Shown: in pieces, positions 56,058 to 64,000 of the stretch
How the letters are laid out: each line of letters begins with the position of its first letter
How positions within the stretch are numbered: the first letter of the stretch is position 1
NCBI GenBank assembly: GCA_046729615.1
Contig: JBKPHA010000029.1
Coordinates: 12,742 to 76,741 of the forward strand
DNA from: Actinomycetota bacterium
GTDB lineage: Bacteria; Actinomycetota; Thermoleophilia; Solirubrobacterales; 70-9
Direction: 5' to 3'
DNA length: 64,000 nucleotides
Program-made: the position numbers and the translations under genes
The notes under the pieces: model-generated
The model's database searches: none
Seen by the model: the letters and a program-made list of their open reading frames with translations, nothing else
What the model was told of the DNA's origin: nothing

Positions 56058-57172
56058 GCGAGCTAGCTGCGCCCGAGGATGCGGCGACTCGGCGCGTTCT
56101 GGTCACGGGGCTATCGACGTACTGGGGCGGCCGACTGGCGCAGGCGCTCGAGAGCTTCGAGCGGATCGAGGCGATCATCGGCGTCGACAGCGAGGCGCCC
56201 ACACGCGAGCTCGAGCGCACCGAGTACGTGAAGGTGTCGAACCAGCACTCGCTGCTGGAGCGCATCGTGCGAGCCGCGGAGATCGACACCGTGATCGATA
56301 CCCGGCTCGTGGTCAACTCGCTGATGGCCTCGCCCCGGATCGCACACGAGAACAACGTGATCGGGACGATGAACATCCTGGCCGCCTGCACCGGCGGGGA
56401 CTCGCCGGTGCGGAAGTTCGTCTTCAAGAGCTCCACCCACTACTACGGGGCCGAGCAGGACGACCCCGCGTTCTTCACCGAGGAGATGCCGCGGCCGCAT
56501 CCTCCGCGCACTGCCCTCGAGCGCGACATCGTCGAGGCCGAACAGGCGGTGGGCGAGTTCGCCCAGCGAAGTCCCGAGGTCACCGTCACCGTCCTGCGCT
56601 GCGCCAACGTCCTCGGCCCCGACGTCGACACCCCGTTCACCCGCATGTTCCGGCTGCCCCTGGTGCCGATGGTCCTGGGGTTCGACCCGCGGCTTCAATT
56701 CGTGCACGAGGATGACGTGGTCCACGCCCTGGAGCACGCTGCCTTCCACGTCTGCCCCGGGATCTACAACGTTGCCCCCGACGGCGTGCTGGCCCTGTCG
56801 GAGATCGTCGACCTCGTGGGGAAGCTCCCCGCCCCGGTCCTGCCGCCCTGGGGGACTGGCCCCGCGACCGGATTCGTGCGGCGCCTCGGCTTCCGGATCC
56901 CGGACGAGGTGGTCAACCTGCTTCGCTTCGGCAGGGGAGTCGACAACCGCCTCCTCAAGTCGACCGGGTTCAGCTACGGGTACACGACCCGCGAGACGGT
57001 CATCAAGCTCGCGGAGCACATGCGCCTGGCGCCGGTGATGCGCGGCGTCGACCAGGAGTACACCTACGAGCGCGAGGTCGAGGAATTTTTGCGCTGGAGC
57101 CCGAACGTGCGGCGCGAGCGGCCCGGCCAGCGGGGCGGGGTGTCGACCGAGACCGAGCCGCTCGGCATCTGA
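56045..57172 (+). CDS. NAD-dependent epimerase/dehydratase (extended SDR) family protein
   Basis: RVLVTGLSTYWGGRLA Rossmann motif and an SSTHYYG region. Confidence 0.75.
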   Translation: MAGLSELAAPEDAATRRVLVTGLSTYWGGRLAQALESFERIEAIIGVDSEAPTRELERTEYVKVSNQHSLLERIVRAAEIDTVIDTRLVVNSLMASPRIAHENNVIGTMNILAACTGGDSPVRKFVFKSSTHYYGAEQDDPAFFTEEMPRPHPPRTALERDIVEAEQAVGEFAQRSPEVTVTVLRCANVLGPDVDTPFTRMFRLPLVPMVLGFDPRLQFVHEDDVVHALEHAAFHVCPGIYNVAPDGVLALSEIVDLVGKLPAPVLPPWGTGPATGFVRRLGFRIPDEVVNLLRFGRGVDNRLLKSTGFSYGYTTRETVIKLAEHMRLAPVMRGVDQEYTYEREVEEFLRWSPNVRRERPGQRGGVSTETEPLGI

Positions 57173-57221
57173 CCGCTGTCAGGGACCTGACGTCTGACGG
57201 TGCGCAAGCTGCCTTGCGCAG

Positions 57222-58313
57222 ATGCCCGCCGGCAAGGTCGAGCCGCCGGGGTTCGTACACTCACGCGGGGGTCAAGTGAGTCGCAGGGTGCAGATACTCC
57301 TCGTCTCGATCGTCGGGGTCATTTGCGCGCTGGCGGTCGCGGCGTACGCGATCGACCGCGCGAATTCCGACCAGATCGCGAATGGCATTCGCATCGGCGG
57401 GGTCGATGTGGGCGGCATGTCCGCCGATCAGGCGAAGAAGCGGCTGCATGCGAGGCTGGTCGAGCCACTCGATCGGCCGGTGACGGTCGAGTACGACGGC
57501 ACGAAGTACACGCTGAGCCCCGACAAGCTCCAGGTCCGCGCGGATATCGACGGGATGGTTGACGCTGCGCTTCGCGCCAGCCGGTCCGGCGGATTTCCCG
57601 CCCGCGTCTGGCGGTACACCACCGGCGGCGAGGTCGACCGGGAGATTGCCCCCCACATCACCTATTCGGCCGAAGCGGTCGACGAATTCGTCAACGCCGT
57701 GGCCCAGGAGGTGAACGAGCCCGCGCAGGACGCCACCATCAGCCCGACGCCCACTTCGCTCAACCCGGTGCCCGGGCACGACGGCGTCCAGCTCCTCACC
57801 GACAAGCTGCGGACGGAGCTTCGGGGTGCGATCGAGAGCCCACGCGACCGCACGATCGAGGCGCCGGTCCAGAAGCTCAAGCCCGACGTGACAACCGATG
57901 AGCTGGCGCAGAGGTACCCGGTCTACCTCACGATCGACCGCGGCAACTTCCAGCTTCGCCTTTGGAGGAACCTGAAGCTGGTCAAGACGTACACGATCGC
58001 CGTCGGCATGCAGGGCCTCGAGACGCCGGCCGGGACGTACACGATCGACGACAAGCAGGTGAATCCGTCGTGGCACGTCCCCGATTCGCCGTGGGCGGGC
58101 AGTCTCGCGGGACAGGTGATCCCGCCAGGGCCGGAGGATCCGCTGAAGGCGCGGTGGATGGGCTTCTACAACGGAGCGGGAATCCACGGGACCGATGAGC
58201 TCTCCTCGCTTGGCACCGCGGCGTCGCACGGCTGCATCCGCATGTCGATCCCCGACGTGATCGAGCTTTACGACCAGGTCCCGCTCGGCACGCCGATCTA
58301 CGTCGGGAACTAG
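57222..58313 (+). CDS. L,D-transpeptidase (YkuD domain) with N-terminal membrane anchor
   Basis: C-terminal ...GIHGTDELSSLGTAASHGCIRM catalytic motif. N-terminal TM helix. Start uncertain (ATG 57222 or GTG 57277). Confidence 0.8.
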   Translation: MPAGKVEPPGFVHSRGGQVSRRVQILLVSIVGVICALAVAAYAIDRANSDQIANGIRIGGVDVGGMSADQAKKRLHARLVEPLDRPVTVEYDGTKYTLSPDKLQVRADIDGMVDAALRASRSGGFPARVWRYTTGGEVDREIAPHITYSAEAVDEFVNAVAQEVNEPAQDATISPTPTSLNPVPGHDGVQLLTDKLRTELRGAIESPRDRTIEAPVQKLKPDVTTDELAQRYPVYLTIDRGNFQLRLWRNLKLVKTYTIAVGMQGLETPAGTYTIDDKQVNPSWHVPDSPWAGSLAGQVIPPGPEDPLKARWMGFYNGAGIHGTDELSSLGTAASHGCIRMSIPDVIELYDQVPLGTPIYVGN

Positions 58314-58368
58314 CGCCAGCGTGGCTCCCCTGGCAGGCGAGCGGCGCCCGGCGCCGAATCACGTTGCC

Positions 58369-59289
58369 ATGAGCGTCGATCCGGATAAAGCGTCCATGAG
58401 CCCGGCGTGGGAGGCGACGCTGGCGGACTTTCGTCGCGAGCTCGAGCGACGGGGATCCTCGAGGCACACGATCAGGGCCTACGGCGGCGATCTCGCGGAG
58501 CTGGCCGCGTGGGCCACGGATCACGGCAGTGAGCCGGGAACGCTGGCGTACCGCGACCTGCGCTACTACGCCGCCGCACTCTCGGAGCGCGGTCTCGCCC
58601 GCTCCAGCGTCGCACGCAAGCTCGCCGCCGTCCGAACGCTCCACGATCATCTGACGCGATCGGGCGAGGCCGCTCAGAACCCGGCCCAGCTCCTTCCGAT
58701 ACCGAAGCGGGCGGGTCGACTGCCGCACGTGCTGGGGCCCGGAGACGTCGCGAGGCTCCTCGACCGGATTCCGGCTTCGGGGCCGCTCGAGATCAGGGAT
58801 CGCGCGATGCTCGAGCTGGCCTACGCCTGCGGGCTGCGCGCCGAGGAGATCATCAACCTGGATTGCGACGCCGTCGATTTCGACTCGGAGACCCTGCGGG
58901 TGACCGGCAAGGGACAGAAGACGCGGATCGTGCCGATGGGGGAGCCCGCCCAGCGCGCGCTGGACCGCTACCTCAGGCATGCCCGCCCCGCCCTCGCCAC
59001 GGACCTTCGTTGCCGGGCACTGTTTCTGTCGCGCCGGGGCCGCCGACTCTCGACCTCGGACGTTCGCCGGCGCCTGGACCGCTGGGTGCGGGAGGCGGCC
59101 GTAGCGGGCCACGTCTCGCCGCACACGCTGCGCCACTCGTTCGCAACCCACATGCTCGAGGGCGGCGCCGACTTGCGCTCGATCCAGGAGCTGCTCGGGC
59201 ACTCGAGCGTCTCGACGACCCAGGTGTACACCCGCGTGGAGCCCGGCAGGCTCCGGCGCGAGTACTCGCGGTCCCATCCACGAGCCTGA
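58369..59289 (+). CDS. xerC: site-specific tyrosine recombinase XerC/XerD
   Basis: RDRAMLELAYACGLRAEE, HTLRHSFATHMLEGGADLRSIQELLGHSSVSTTQVYT. I cannot separate XerC from XerD. Start uncertain (58321 or 58369). Confidence 0.85.
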   Translation: MSVDPDKASMSPAWEATLADFRRELERRGSSRHTIRAYGGDLAELAAWATDHGSEPGTLAYRDLRYYAAALSERGLARSSVARKLAAVRTLHDHLTRSGEAAQNPAQLLPIPKRAGRLPHVLGPGDVARLLDRIPASGPLEIRDRAMLELAYACGLRAEEIINLDCDAVDFDSETLRVTGKGQKTRIVPMGEPAQRALDRYLRHARPALATDLRCRALFLSRRGRRLSTSDVRRRLDRWVREAAVAGHVSPHTLRHSFATHMLEGGADLRSIQELLGHSSVSTTQVYTRVEPGRLRREYSRSHPRA

Positions 59290-59335
59290 CCGCGGCGGTC
59301 GCGGCCCGGTGGGTAGGTTTTGAGCGGGGACGACG

Positions 59336-60115
59336 ATGGAGACAAACGTCAAAGCTGTCGAGCTTCGAGAGCTCTGGCGACGCTACAAGGAGGAGGGGGA
59401 CGACCGCGCGCGGGAGCGGCTGGTGGTCGCCTACTCGCCGCTTGTGAAGTTCATCGCGGGCCGGATGGCGTCTGGCCTCCCTTCCCATGTCGAGGAGGCC
59501 GACCTCATCTCCTACGGCCTCCTCGGCCTGGTCGGCGCGATCGAGCGCTTCGACCTCGAACGTGAGATCAAGTTCGAAACATTCGCGGTGGCGCGCGTTA
59601 AGGGCGCGATCATCGACGAGCTCCGCTTGCTGGACTGGGTGCCGCGATCGGTGCGGGCGCGTGCCCGCGACGTCGAGAAGGCGCACGCCGAGCTCGAGGC
59701 CGAGCTTCAGCGCGCGCCCACCGACGAGGAGATGGCCGCAAAGCTCGGTATGGACTTCGATGAGTTCAACGACTCCCTGCTGGAGATCGCGAACTCCTCG
59801 GTGCTGGCGCTCGACGACCTGTGGACGTTCGCCGATCCGGATGGCGGCGGCGGGACCTCGGTTCTCGACACGATTCATGACCCCAACGCGGTGGACCCCG
59901 AGACCGAGGCGCAGGCGGCCGAGCTCAAGGACCGGCTCGCGGACGCGCTCGAGGCGCTGCCGGAGCGCGAGCGGCTGGCGGTCGCCCTCTATTACTACGA
60001 AAACCTCACGCTGCGGGAGATCGGTGAGGTCCTGGGGGTGACCGAGTCGCGCGTCTCGCAGCTCCACACGAAGGCCGTCCTCGGGCTCCGCTCGCGGTTT
60101 CAGGCCCGGCCGTAG
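59336..60115 (+). CDS. RNA polymerase sigma factor, FliA/WhiG (sigma-28) family
   Basis: Region 2 (DLISYGLLGLVGAIERFD...FETFAVARVKGAIIDELR) and region 4 (LTLREIGEVLGVTESRVSQLHTKA), with family-typical length. Confidence 0.8.
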   Translation: METNVKAVELRELWRRYKEEGDDRARERLVVAYSPLVKFIAGRMASGLPSHVEEADLISYGLLGLVGAIERFDLEREIKFETFAVARVKGAIIDELRLLDWVPRSVRARARDVEKAHAELEAELQRAPTDEEMAAKLGMDFDEFNDSLLEIANSSVLALDDLWTFADPDGGGGTSVLDTIHDPNAVDPETEAQAAELKDRLADALEALPERERLAVALYYYENLTLREIGEVLGVTESRVSQLHTKAVLGLRSRFQARP

Positions 60116-60160
60116 AGCCCCGAGCCGCTAACGTGGCCGTGGAGCCCTGAGCCGCTAACG
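60115..60160 (+). promoter_or_regulatory. tandem 19-nt direct repeat GAGCCC(C/T)GAGCCGCTAACG x2, each containing a GCCGCTAA box
   Basis: Repeat units at 60115-60133 and 60142-60160 with one mismatch. Followed by TATATT (60163-60168), 6 nt before the GTG of the EF-G-like gene. Confidence 0.3.
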
Positions 60161-60174
60161 CATATATTGCGCCC

Positions 60175-62268
60175 GTGGGGCACAAGGCAGCCGACCGCAT
60201 CCGGAACGTTGCGCTGATCGGCCACCGGGGGAGCGGCAAGACGAGCCTCTGCGAGGCTCTTCTATTCGAGGCGGGGGTCATCAACCGCCTCGGCCGCGTC
60301 CAGGATGGGTCGACGGCCTCGGACTTCGAGTCCGACGAGCAGGAGCGCTCGATGTCGATCGGGGCGAGCGTGGCCTCGTTCGAGTACGCGGATCGAAAGG
60401 TCAACCTGATCGACACTCCGGGCGAGCCGTCGTTCATCGCCGACACGATCGCCGCGCTGCGGGTCGTCGACGCCGCAGTCGTGGTGGTCAATGCGGTGAT
60501 GGGAGTCGAGGTCCACACCGAGCGGCTCTGGGAGCGCGCTGACCGCGAGGGGCTCGCCCGTCTCGTCTTCGTCAACATGCTCGACCGCGAACGGGCGGAC
60601 TTCTTCCGCTCGCTCGACTCGCTCAAGGAGGCATTCGGGCCGCACGTAGTCGCGACCGAGGTCCCGATCGGCGCGGAGCACGAGGTCCGTGGTGTCATCG
60701 ACCTGATCGACATGAAGGCGTTCACCTACGAGGGCGAGGGGCGCGGGAACGCCACTGAGGGGGAGATCCCAGACGAGCTGCGCGAGCAGGCGCAGGAGTA
60801 CCGCGAGAAGCTGATGGACGAGGTCGCCGAGAACTCCGACGAGCTGATGGAGCGCTACCTCGACGGCGAGGAGATCTCGCACACCGACATCGTCACCGCG
60901 CTCAAGCAGGGCGTGACGGAGGGCCACCTGTTTCCGGTGACATGTGGTGTCGCCACCCACAACCTGGGCACGAACCGGCTGCTCGATGCGTTCGTCGAGG
61001 ACGTGCCGTCGCCGGCGATGCGGGGCGCGGTCCGCGCGCTTGACCCTGACGGCAACGAGATCGAGATCGAGCCCGCCGAGGACGCGGATCTGGTCGCCTA
61101 CGTCTTCAAGACGACCGCGGACCCGTACACCGGGCGCATCAACCTTCTCCGCGTGTACTCCGGCGTCCTGGGATCGGACTCGCAGGCGTTCAACGCCACG
61201 CGCCAGTCGAAGGAGCGGATCGGGCAGATCGCGGCGCCCCGCGGGAAGGAGACGTCGCCCGTGGACGAGCTCGGGCCGGGCGACATCGGGGCGGTGGCGA
61301 AGCTCCGGGAGACCCAGGCCGGGGACGTCCTTGCCGACAAGGACAGCGCCGTCTCGTTCCCGCCGCTCGACCTGCCCGCGCCGGTGAGGGCGTTCGCGTT
61401 CGAGCCAAAGTCGAAGGGCGATGAGGAGAAGGCGGCGAGCGCGCTGCGTCGCCTTACCGAGGAGGACCCGACCCTCGACGTCCACCGCGATCCCGACACC
61501 GGCGAGCAGATCATCGCCGGCCTCACGCAGGTCCACGTCGAGGTCGTCACGGAGAGGATGAAGCGCCGCTACGGCGCCGAGATCGAGCTCCACCCGCCAC
61601 GCGTGCCGTACTTGGAGACGATCCGAAAGCCGGCGAAGGGGCACGGCCGCTACAAGAAGCAGACCGGTGGGCGAGGGCAGTTCGGCGACTGCCACATCGA
61701 GATCGAGCCGGTGGAGGTCGGCTCGGGCTTCGAGTTCGTAGACGCCATTAAGGGCGGCGTCATCCCGAGCGGGTTCATCCCGGCAGTGGAGAAGGGAATC
61801 GCCGAGGCGCTGCAGCAGGGGGTCCTCGCCGGCTATCCGATGAAGGACCTAAAGGTGACTCTTCGCGACGGCCAGCACCATTCCGTCGACTCCTCGGAGA
61901 TGGCGTTCAAGATCGCCGGCTCGCTGGCGTTCAAGCAGGCCGCGGCGGAGGCCGATCCGTACCTGCTCGAGCCGATCGTGCGGATGACGATCACTGTGCC
62001 GGAGGAGAACGTGGGGGACGTCGTCGGAGACCTCAACGCGCGGCGAGGCCGGCCGATGGGCGTGGAGCCGAAGGGGTCGATGACCGAGATCAAGGCCGAG
62101 CTGCCGATGGCCGAGGTGCTCGACTACGCGCCGGACCTGCGGGCGATCACGGGCGGGCGCGGCGATTACACGATGGACTTCGAGCGCTACGAGGAGGTCC
62201 CGAGCCACATCGCGCAGAAGGTCATCGCCGAGGCGCAGGCGGCCGAGGAGGAGAAGGTCAGGGCCTGA
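60175..62268 (+). CDS. elongation factor G paralog (EF-G-like GTPase)
   Basis: NVALIGHRGSGKTSL P-loop (non-canonical compared with AHIDAGKTT), DTPGEPSF, NMLD, and EF-G domains II-V. Confidence 0.85.
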   Translation: MGHKAADRIRNVALIGHRGSGKTSLCEALLFEAGVINRLGRVQDGSTASDFESDEQERSMSIGASVASFEYADRKVNLIDTPGEPSFIADTIAALRVVDAAVVVVNAVMGVEVHTERLWERADREGLARLVFVNMLDRERADFFRSLDSLKEAFGPHVVATEVPIGAEHEVRGVIDLIDMKAFTYEGEGRGNATEGEIPDELREQAQEYREKLMDEVAENSDELMERYLDGEEISHTDIVTALKQGVTEGHLFPVTCGVATHNLGTNRLLDAFVEDVPSPAMRGAVRALDPDGNEIEIEPAEDADLVAYVFKTTADPYTGRINLLRVYSGVLGSDSQAFNATRQSKERIGQIAAPRGKETSPVDELGPGDIGAVAKLRETQAGDVLADKDSAVSFPPLDLPAPVRAFAFEPKSKGDEEKAASALRRLTEEDPTLDVHRDPDTGEQIIAGLTQVHVEVVTERMKRRYGAEIELHPPRVPYLETIRKPAKGHGRYKKQTGGRGQFGDCHIEIEPVEVGSGFEFVDAIKGGVIPSGFIPAVEKGIAEALQQGVLAGYPMKDLKVTLRDGQHHSVDSSEMAFKIAGSLAFKQAAAEADPYLLEPIVRMTITVPEENVGDVVGDLNARRGRPMGVEPKGSMTEIKAELPMAEVLDYAPDLRAITGGRGDYTMDFERYEEVPSHIAQKVIAEAQAAEEEKVRA

Positions 62269-62293
62269 AGGAGTCGCTTCGGGCGCGGCGGAT

Positions 62294-63178
62294 TTGCGGC
62301 CGTCCGTTCCAGGGCATTGCTACGTTGACTCGGTGGCAGACCCGCGCGATCCGTTTCCCGCCTGCCACGTCTGCGGGCGGACCATCCTCAAGGGCGAGCA
62401 GATCCACGAATACCTCACGCCGCAGCGCGAGCGGATTCGCGTGTGTGTGCTGTGTCGCTCGCGGGCGGAGTCCTCGGGCTGGATCCCGGTGTCGATGGCG
62501 CATACCCTGGAGGAGGAGCAGCCTCGTCGCTCCCGCCGGCTGGCGCTGCGGCAGCGCTTCGGCCGCGCCGCCTCACGAGCGCTCGAGGTGGCGAGCCCAC
62601 GGCGTGAGCCGGAGTCCGGGCCCGAGCAGGCGCCGCCACGAGAGGTGAGGCAACCAGCGCAGCAGGCGCCTCGGCCGGAGGGGACGCCCGAGCCGAAGTG
62701 GGTCGCCGATTCCGAGCAGGAGCCGCGTCCCGCGAAGCGCCGGGCGCGCCCGCGGACGCCGAAGCGCCGGAGCACGCGCACGGAGGAGCGGGCGACGGCC
62801 ACGCTGCGCAGGCGCCGGGCCAAGCGCGGGCCCGAGGCGCTCATGCGGCGGGCGGTGGAGCGCTTCAACTCGAGCGAGGAGCGCCGCAAGGTCGCTGGGC
62901 TCATGCGTTCCCTCGGCGAGCCCCAAGCGGGCGTGCGACCCGACCCTCGCCGCCAGCTCGCATTGGTCACGGTCGCGTGGGAGCTCTCCTGGTATCAGTG
63001 GGAGGTGGGCGCGGACGGGGACGGCGAGGAGCCGGTCCGCGAGGTGGCCAAGGGCGCGGAAGTCTCGGAGCTCGACGCGGCCGCGAAAGCCTGGAACGCG
63101 GTCGTGGATGAGGACGGGACCCTTCGCCTTCGCTCCGCTGCCGAACGGCAGCGGCAAGAGGCAGCCAGGGAAGCTTGA
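62294..63178 (+). CDS. hypothetical protein: N-terminal zinc-ribbon-like CxxC...CxxC, basic disordered linker, conserved-looking C-terminal domain
   Basis: CHVCG...CVLC, then an Arg/Pro/Glu-rich low-complexity stretch, then VTVAWELSWYQWEV.... Start uncertain. Confidence 0.45.
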   Translation: MRPSVPGHCYVDSVADPRDPFPACHVCGRTILKGEQIHEYLTPQRERIRVCVLCRSRAESSGWIPVSMAHTLEEEQPRRSRRLALRQRFGRAASRALEVASPRREPESGPEQAPPREVRQPAQQAPRPEGTPEPKWVADSEQEPRPAKRRARPRTPKRRSTRTEERATATLRRRRAKRGPEALMRRAVERFNSSEERRKVAGLMRSLGEPQAGVRPDPRRQLALVTVAWELSWYQWEVGADGDGEEPVREVAKGAEVSELDAAAKAWNAVVDEDGTLRLRSAAERQRQEAAREA

Positions 63179-64000
63179 GCGAGCAGCTGGTCGCCCACGT
63201 CGACGGCGGCGCGCGCGGCAACCCTGGGCCGGCGGCGATCGCCGCGGTGCTGTCCGAGCCCGGCGGTGACGTGCTCGAAGAGCACGCCGAGACGATCGGC
63301 CACGCCACGAACAACGTCGCCGAGTACCGGGCGCTGCTGCTCGGGATTGAACGCGCGCGAGCGCTCGGGGCTCGTGAGCTGGAGCTGGTGGGCGACTCCG
63401 AGCTGATCGCCCGCCAGGTGCGCGGCGAGTACCGAGTGAAGGACGCGGGCCTGCGCCCGCTTCACGCTCGCGTGGCTGCGGCGCTTGAGGCGTTCGACCG
63501 CTGGACGATCCGTAACGTTCCACGGGCGGAGAATGCGCGTGCGGATCGCCTCGTCAACGAGGCGCTGGACGCGAGAGTCGAGGAAAAGGAGGCGTGGATG
63601 GCTGTTCGCACCGCGAACGCGGAATGGGTCGGAGCTCTCCGGGACGGGAGCGGGAAGATGGCCTTCGGCAGCGGCGCGTTCGAGGGCCAGTACTCGTACA
63701 GCTCCCGCGTCGAGGAGGGAACCGGCACGAACCCGGAGGAGCTGATTGGCGCGGCGCACGCGGGCTGCTTTTCGATGGCGTTGGCCAACGTCCTCGCGAC
63801 CGCGGGCCACGACCCACAGCGGATCCAGACGACCGCGCGCGTGCACCTCGAGCCTCAGGAGGAGGGACCCGCGATCACCCGGATTGAGCTTGAGACCGAG
63901 GCCGAGGTCCCCGGCATCCAGGACGAGGAGTTCCAGCAGCACGCCCAGGCGGCGACGGAGGGCTGCCCCGTCTCAAAGGCGCTCGCGGGCGTGGACATCT
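63175..64000 (+). CDS. RNase HI-family domain (63175-63597) continuous in frame with an OsmC-family peroxiredoxin-like domain (63598-64000, truncated by the window end)
   Basis: Hand translation of frame 1 (not in the ORF track because it is open-ended). VAHVDGGARGNPGPAAIA...NNVAEYRALLLGIE...GDSELIARQV, then MAVRTANAEWVG...GTNPEELIGAAHAGCFSMAL...EGCPVSKAL. No stop codon between the two parts. Confidence 0.7.
   Translation, partial: MSEQLVAHVDGGARGNPGPAAIAAVLSEPGGDVLEEHAETIGHATNNVAEYRALLLGIERARALGARELELVGDSELIARQVRGEYRVKDAGLRPLHARVAAALEAFDRWTIRNVPRAENARADRLVNEALDARVEEKEAWMAVRTANAEWVGALRDGSGKMAFGSGAFEGQYSYSSRVEEGTGTNPEELIGAAHAGCFSMALANVLATAGHDPQRIQTTARVHLEPQEEGPAITRIELETEAEVPGIQDEEFQQHAQAATEGCPVSKALAGVDI

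Overview
This is a very GC-rich, gene-dense core-chromosome segment of an actinobacterial-type genome. The exact taxon cannot be established from the sequence alone. I support about 70 CDS, mostly on the + strand and often joined by 1-4 nt stop/start overlaps (ATGA, GTGA, TTGA). Nearly all are housekeeping genes, in this order: DAHP-synthase tail, tyrA, aroA; cmk, der; metK; priA, def, fmt, rsmB, rpe; the riboflavin operon ribD-ribE-ribBA-ribH; rpmB; yloV; recG, rsmD, coaD; yceD, rpmF, plsX, acpP, rnc, smc, ftsY; ffh, rpsP, KH protein, trmD, rplS, lepB, rnhB; comM, dprA, thiD ... ilvD; xerC; a FliA/WhiG-type sigma factor; an EF-G paralog; and an RNase H/OsmC ORF that runs off the 3' end. I found no rRNA, tRNA, CRISPR array, transposase or recognisable defence island. 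The most unusual signal is non-coding. A ~195-nt highly structured repeat with terminal inverted repeats occurs three times (3671-3903, 14667-14861, 32969-33163). It sits exactly in stop/start junctions of operonic genes, shows compensatory base changes between copies, and in two copies supplies the downstream Shine-Dalgarno paired to an anti-SD at its other end. Two smaller hairpin-repeat families and a 122-nt rod-like palindrome between smc and ftsY are also present. Protein-level oddities are: an SMC of only 770 aa with no visible hinge; a MoaD/ThiS-like Gly-Gly-terminated small protein coupled to an unknown membrane protein; an RNase HI-OsmC in-frame read-through; and three decayed accessory genes (K+ channel, alpha/beta hydrolase, FAD-oxidase fragment). 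All protein calls rest on my own motif recognition in the supplied translations. No database search was run.
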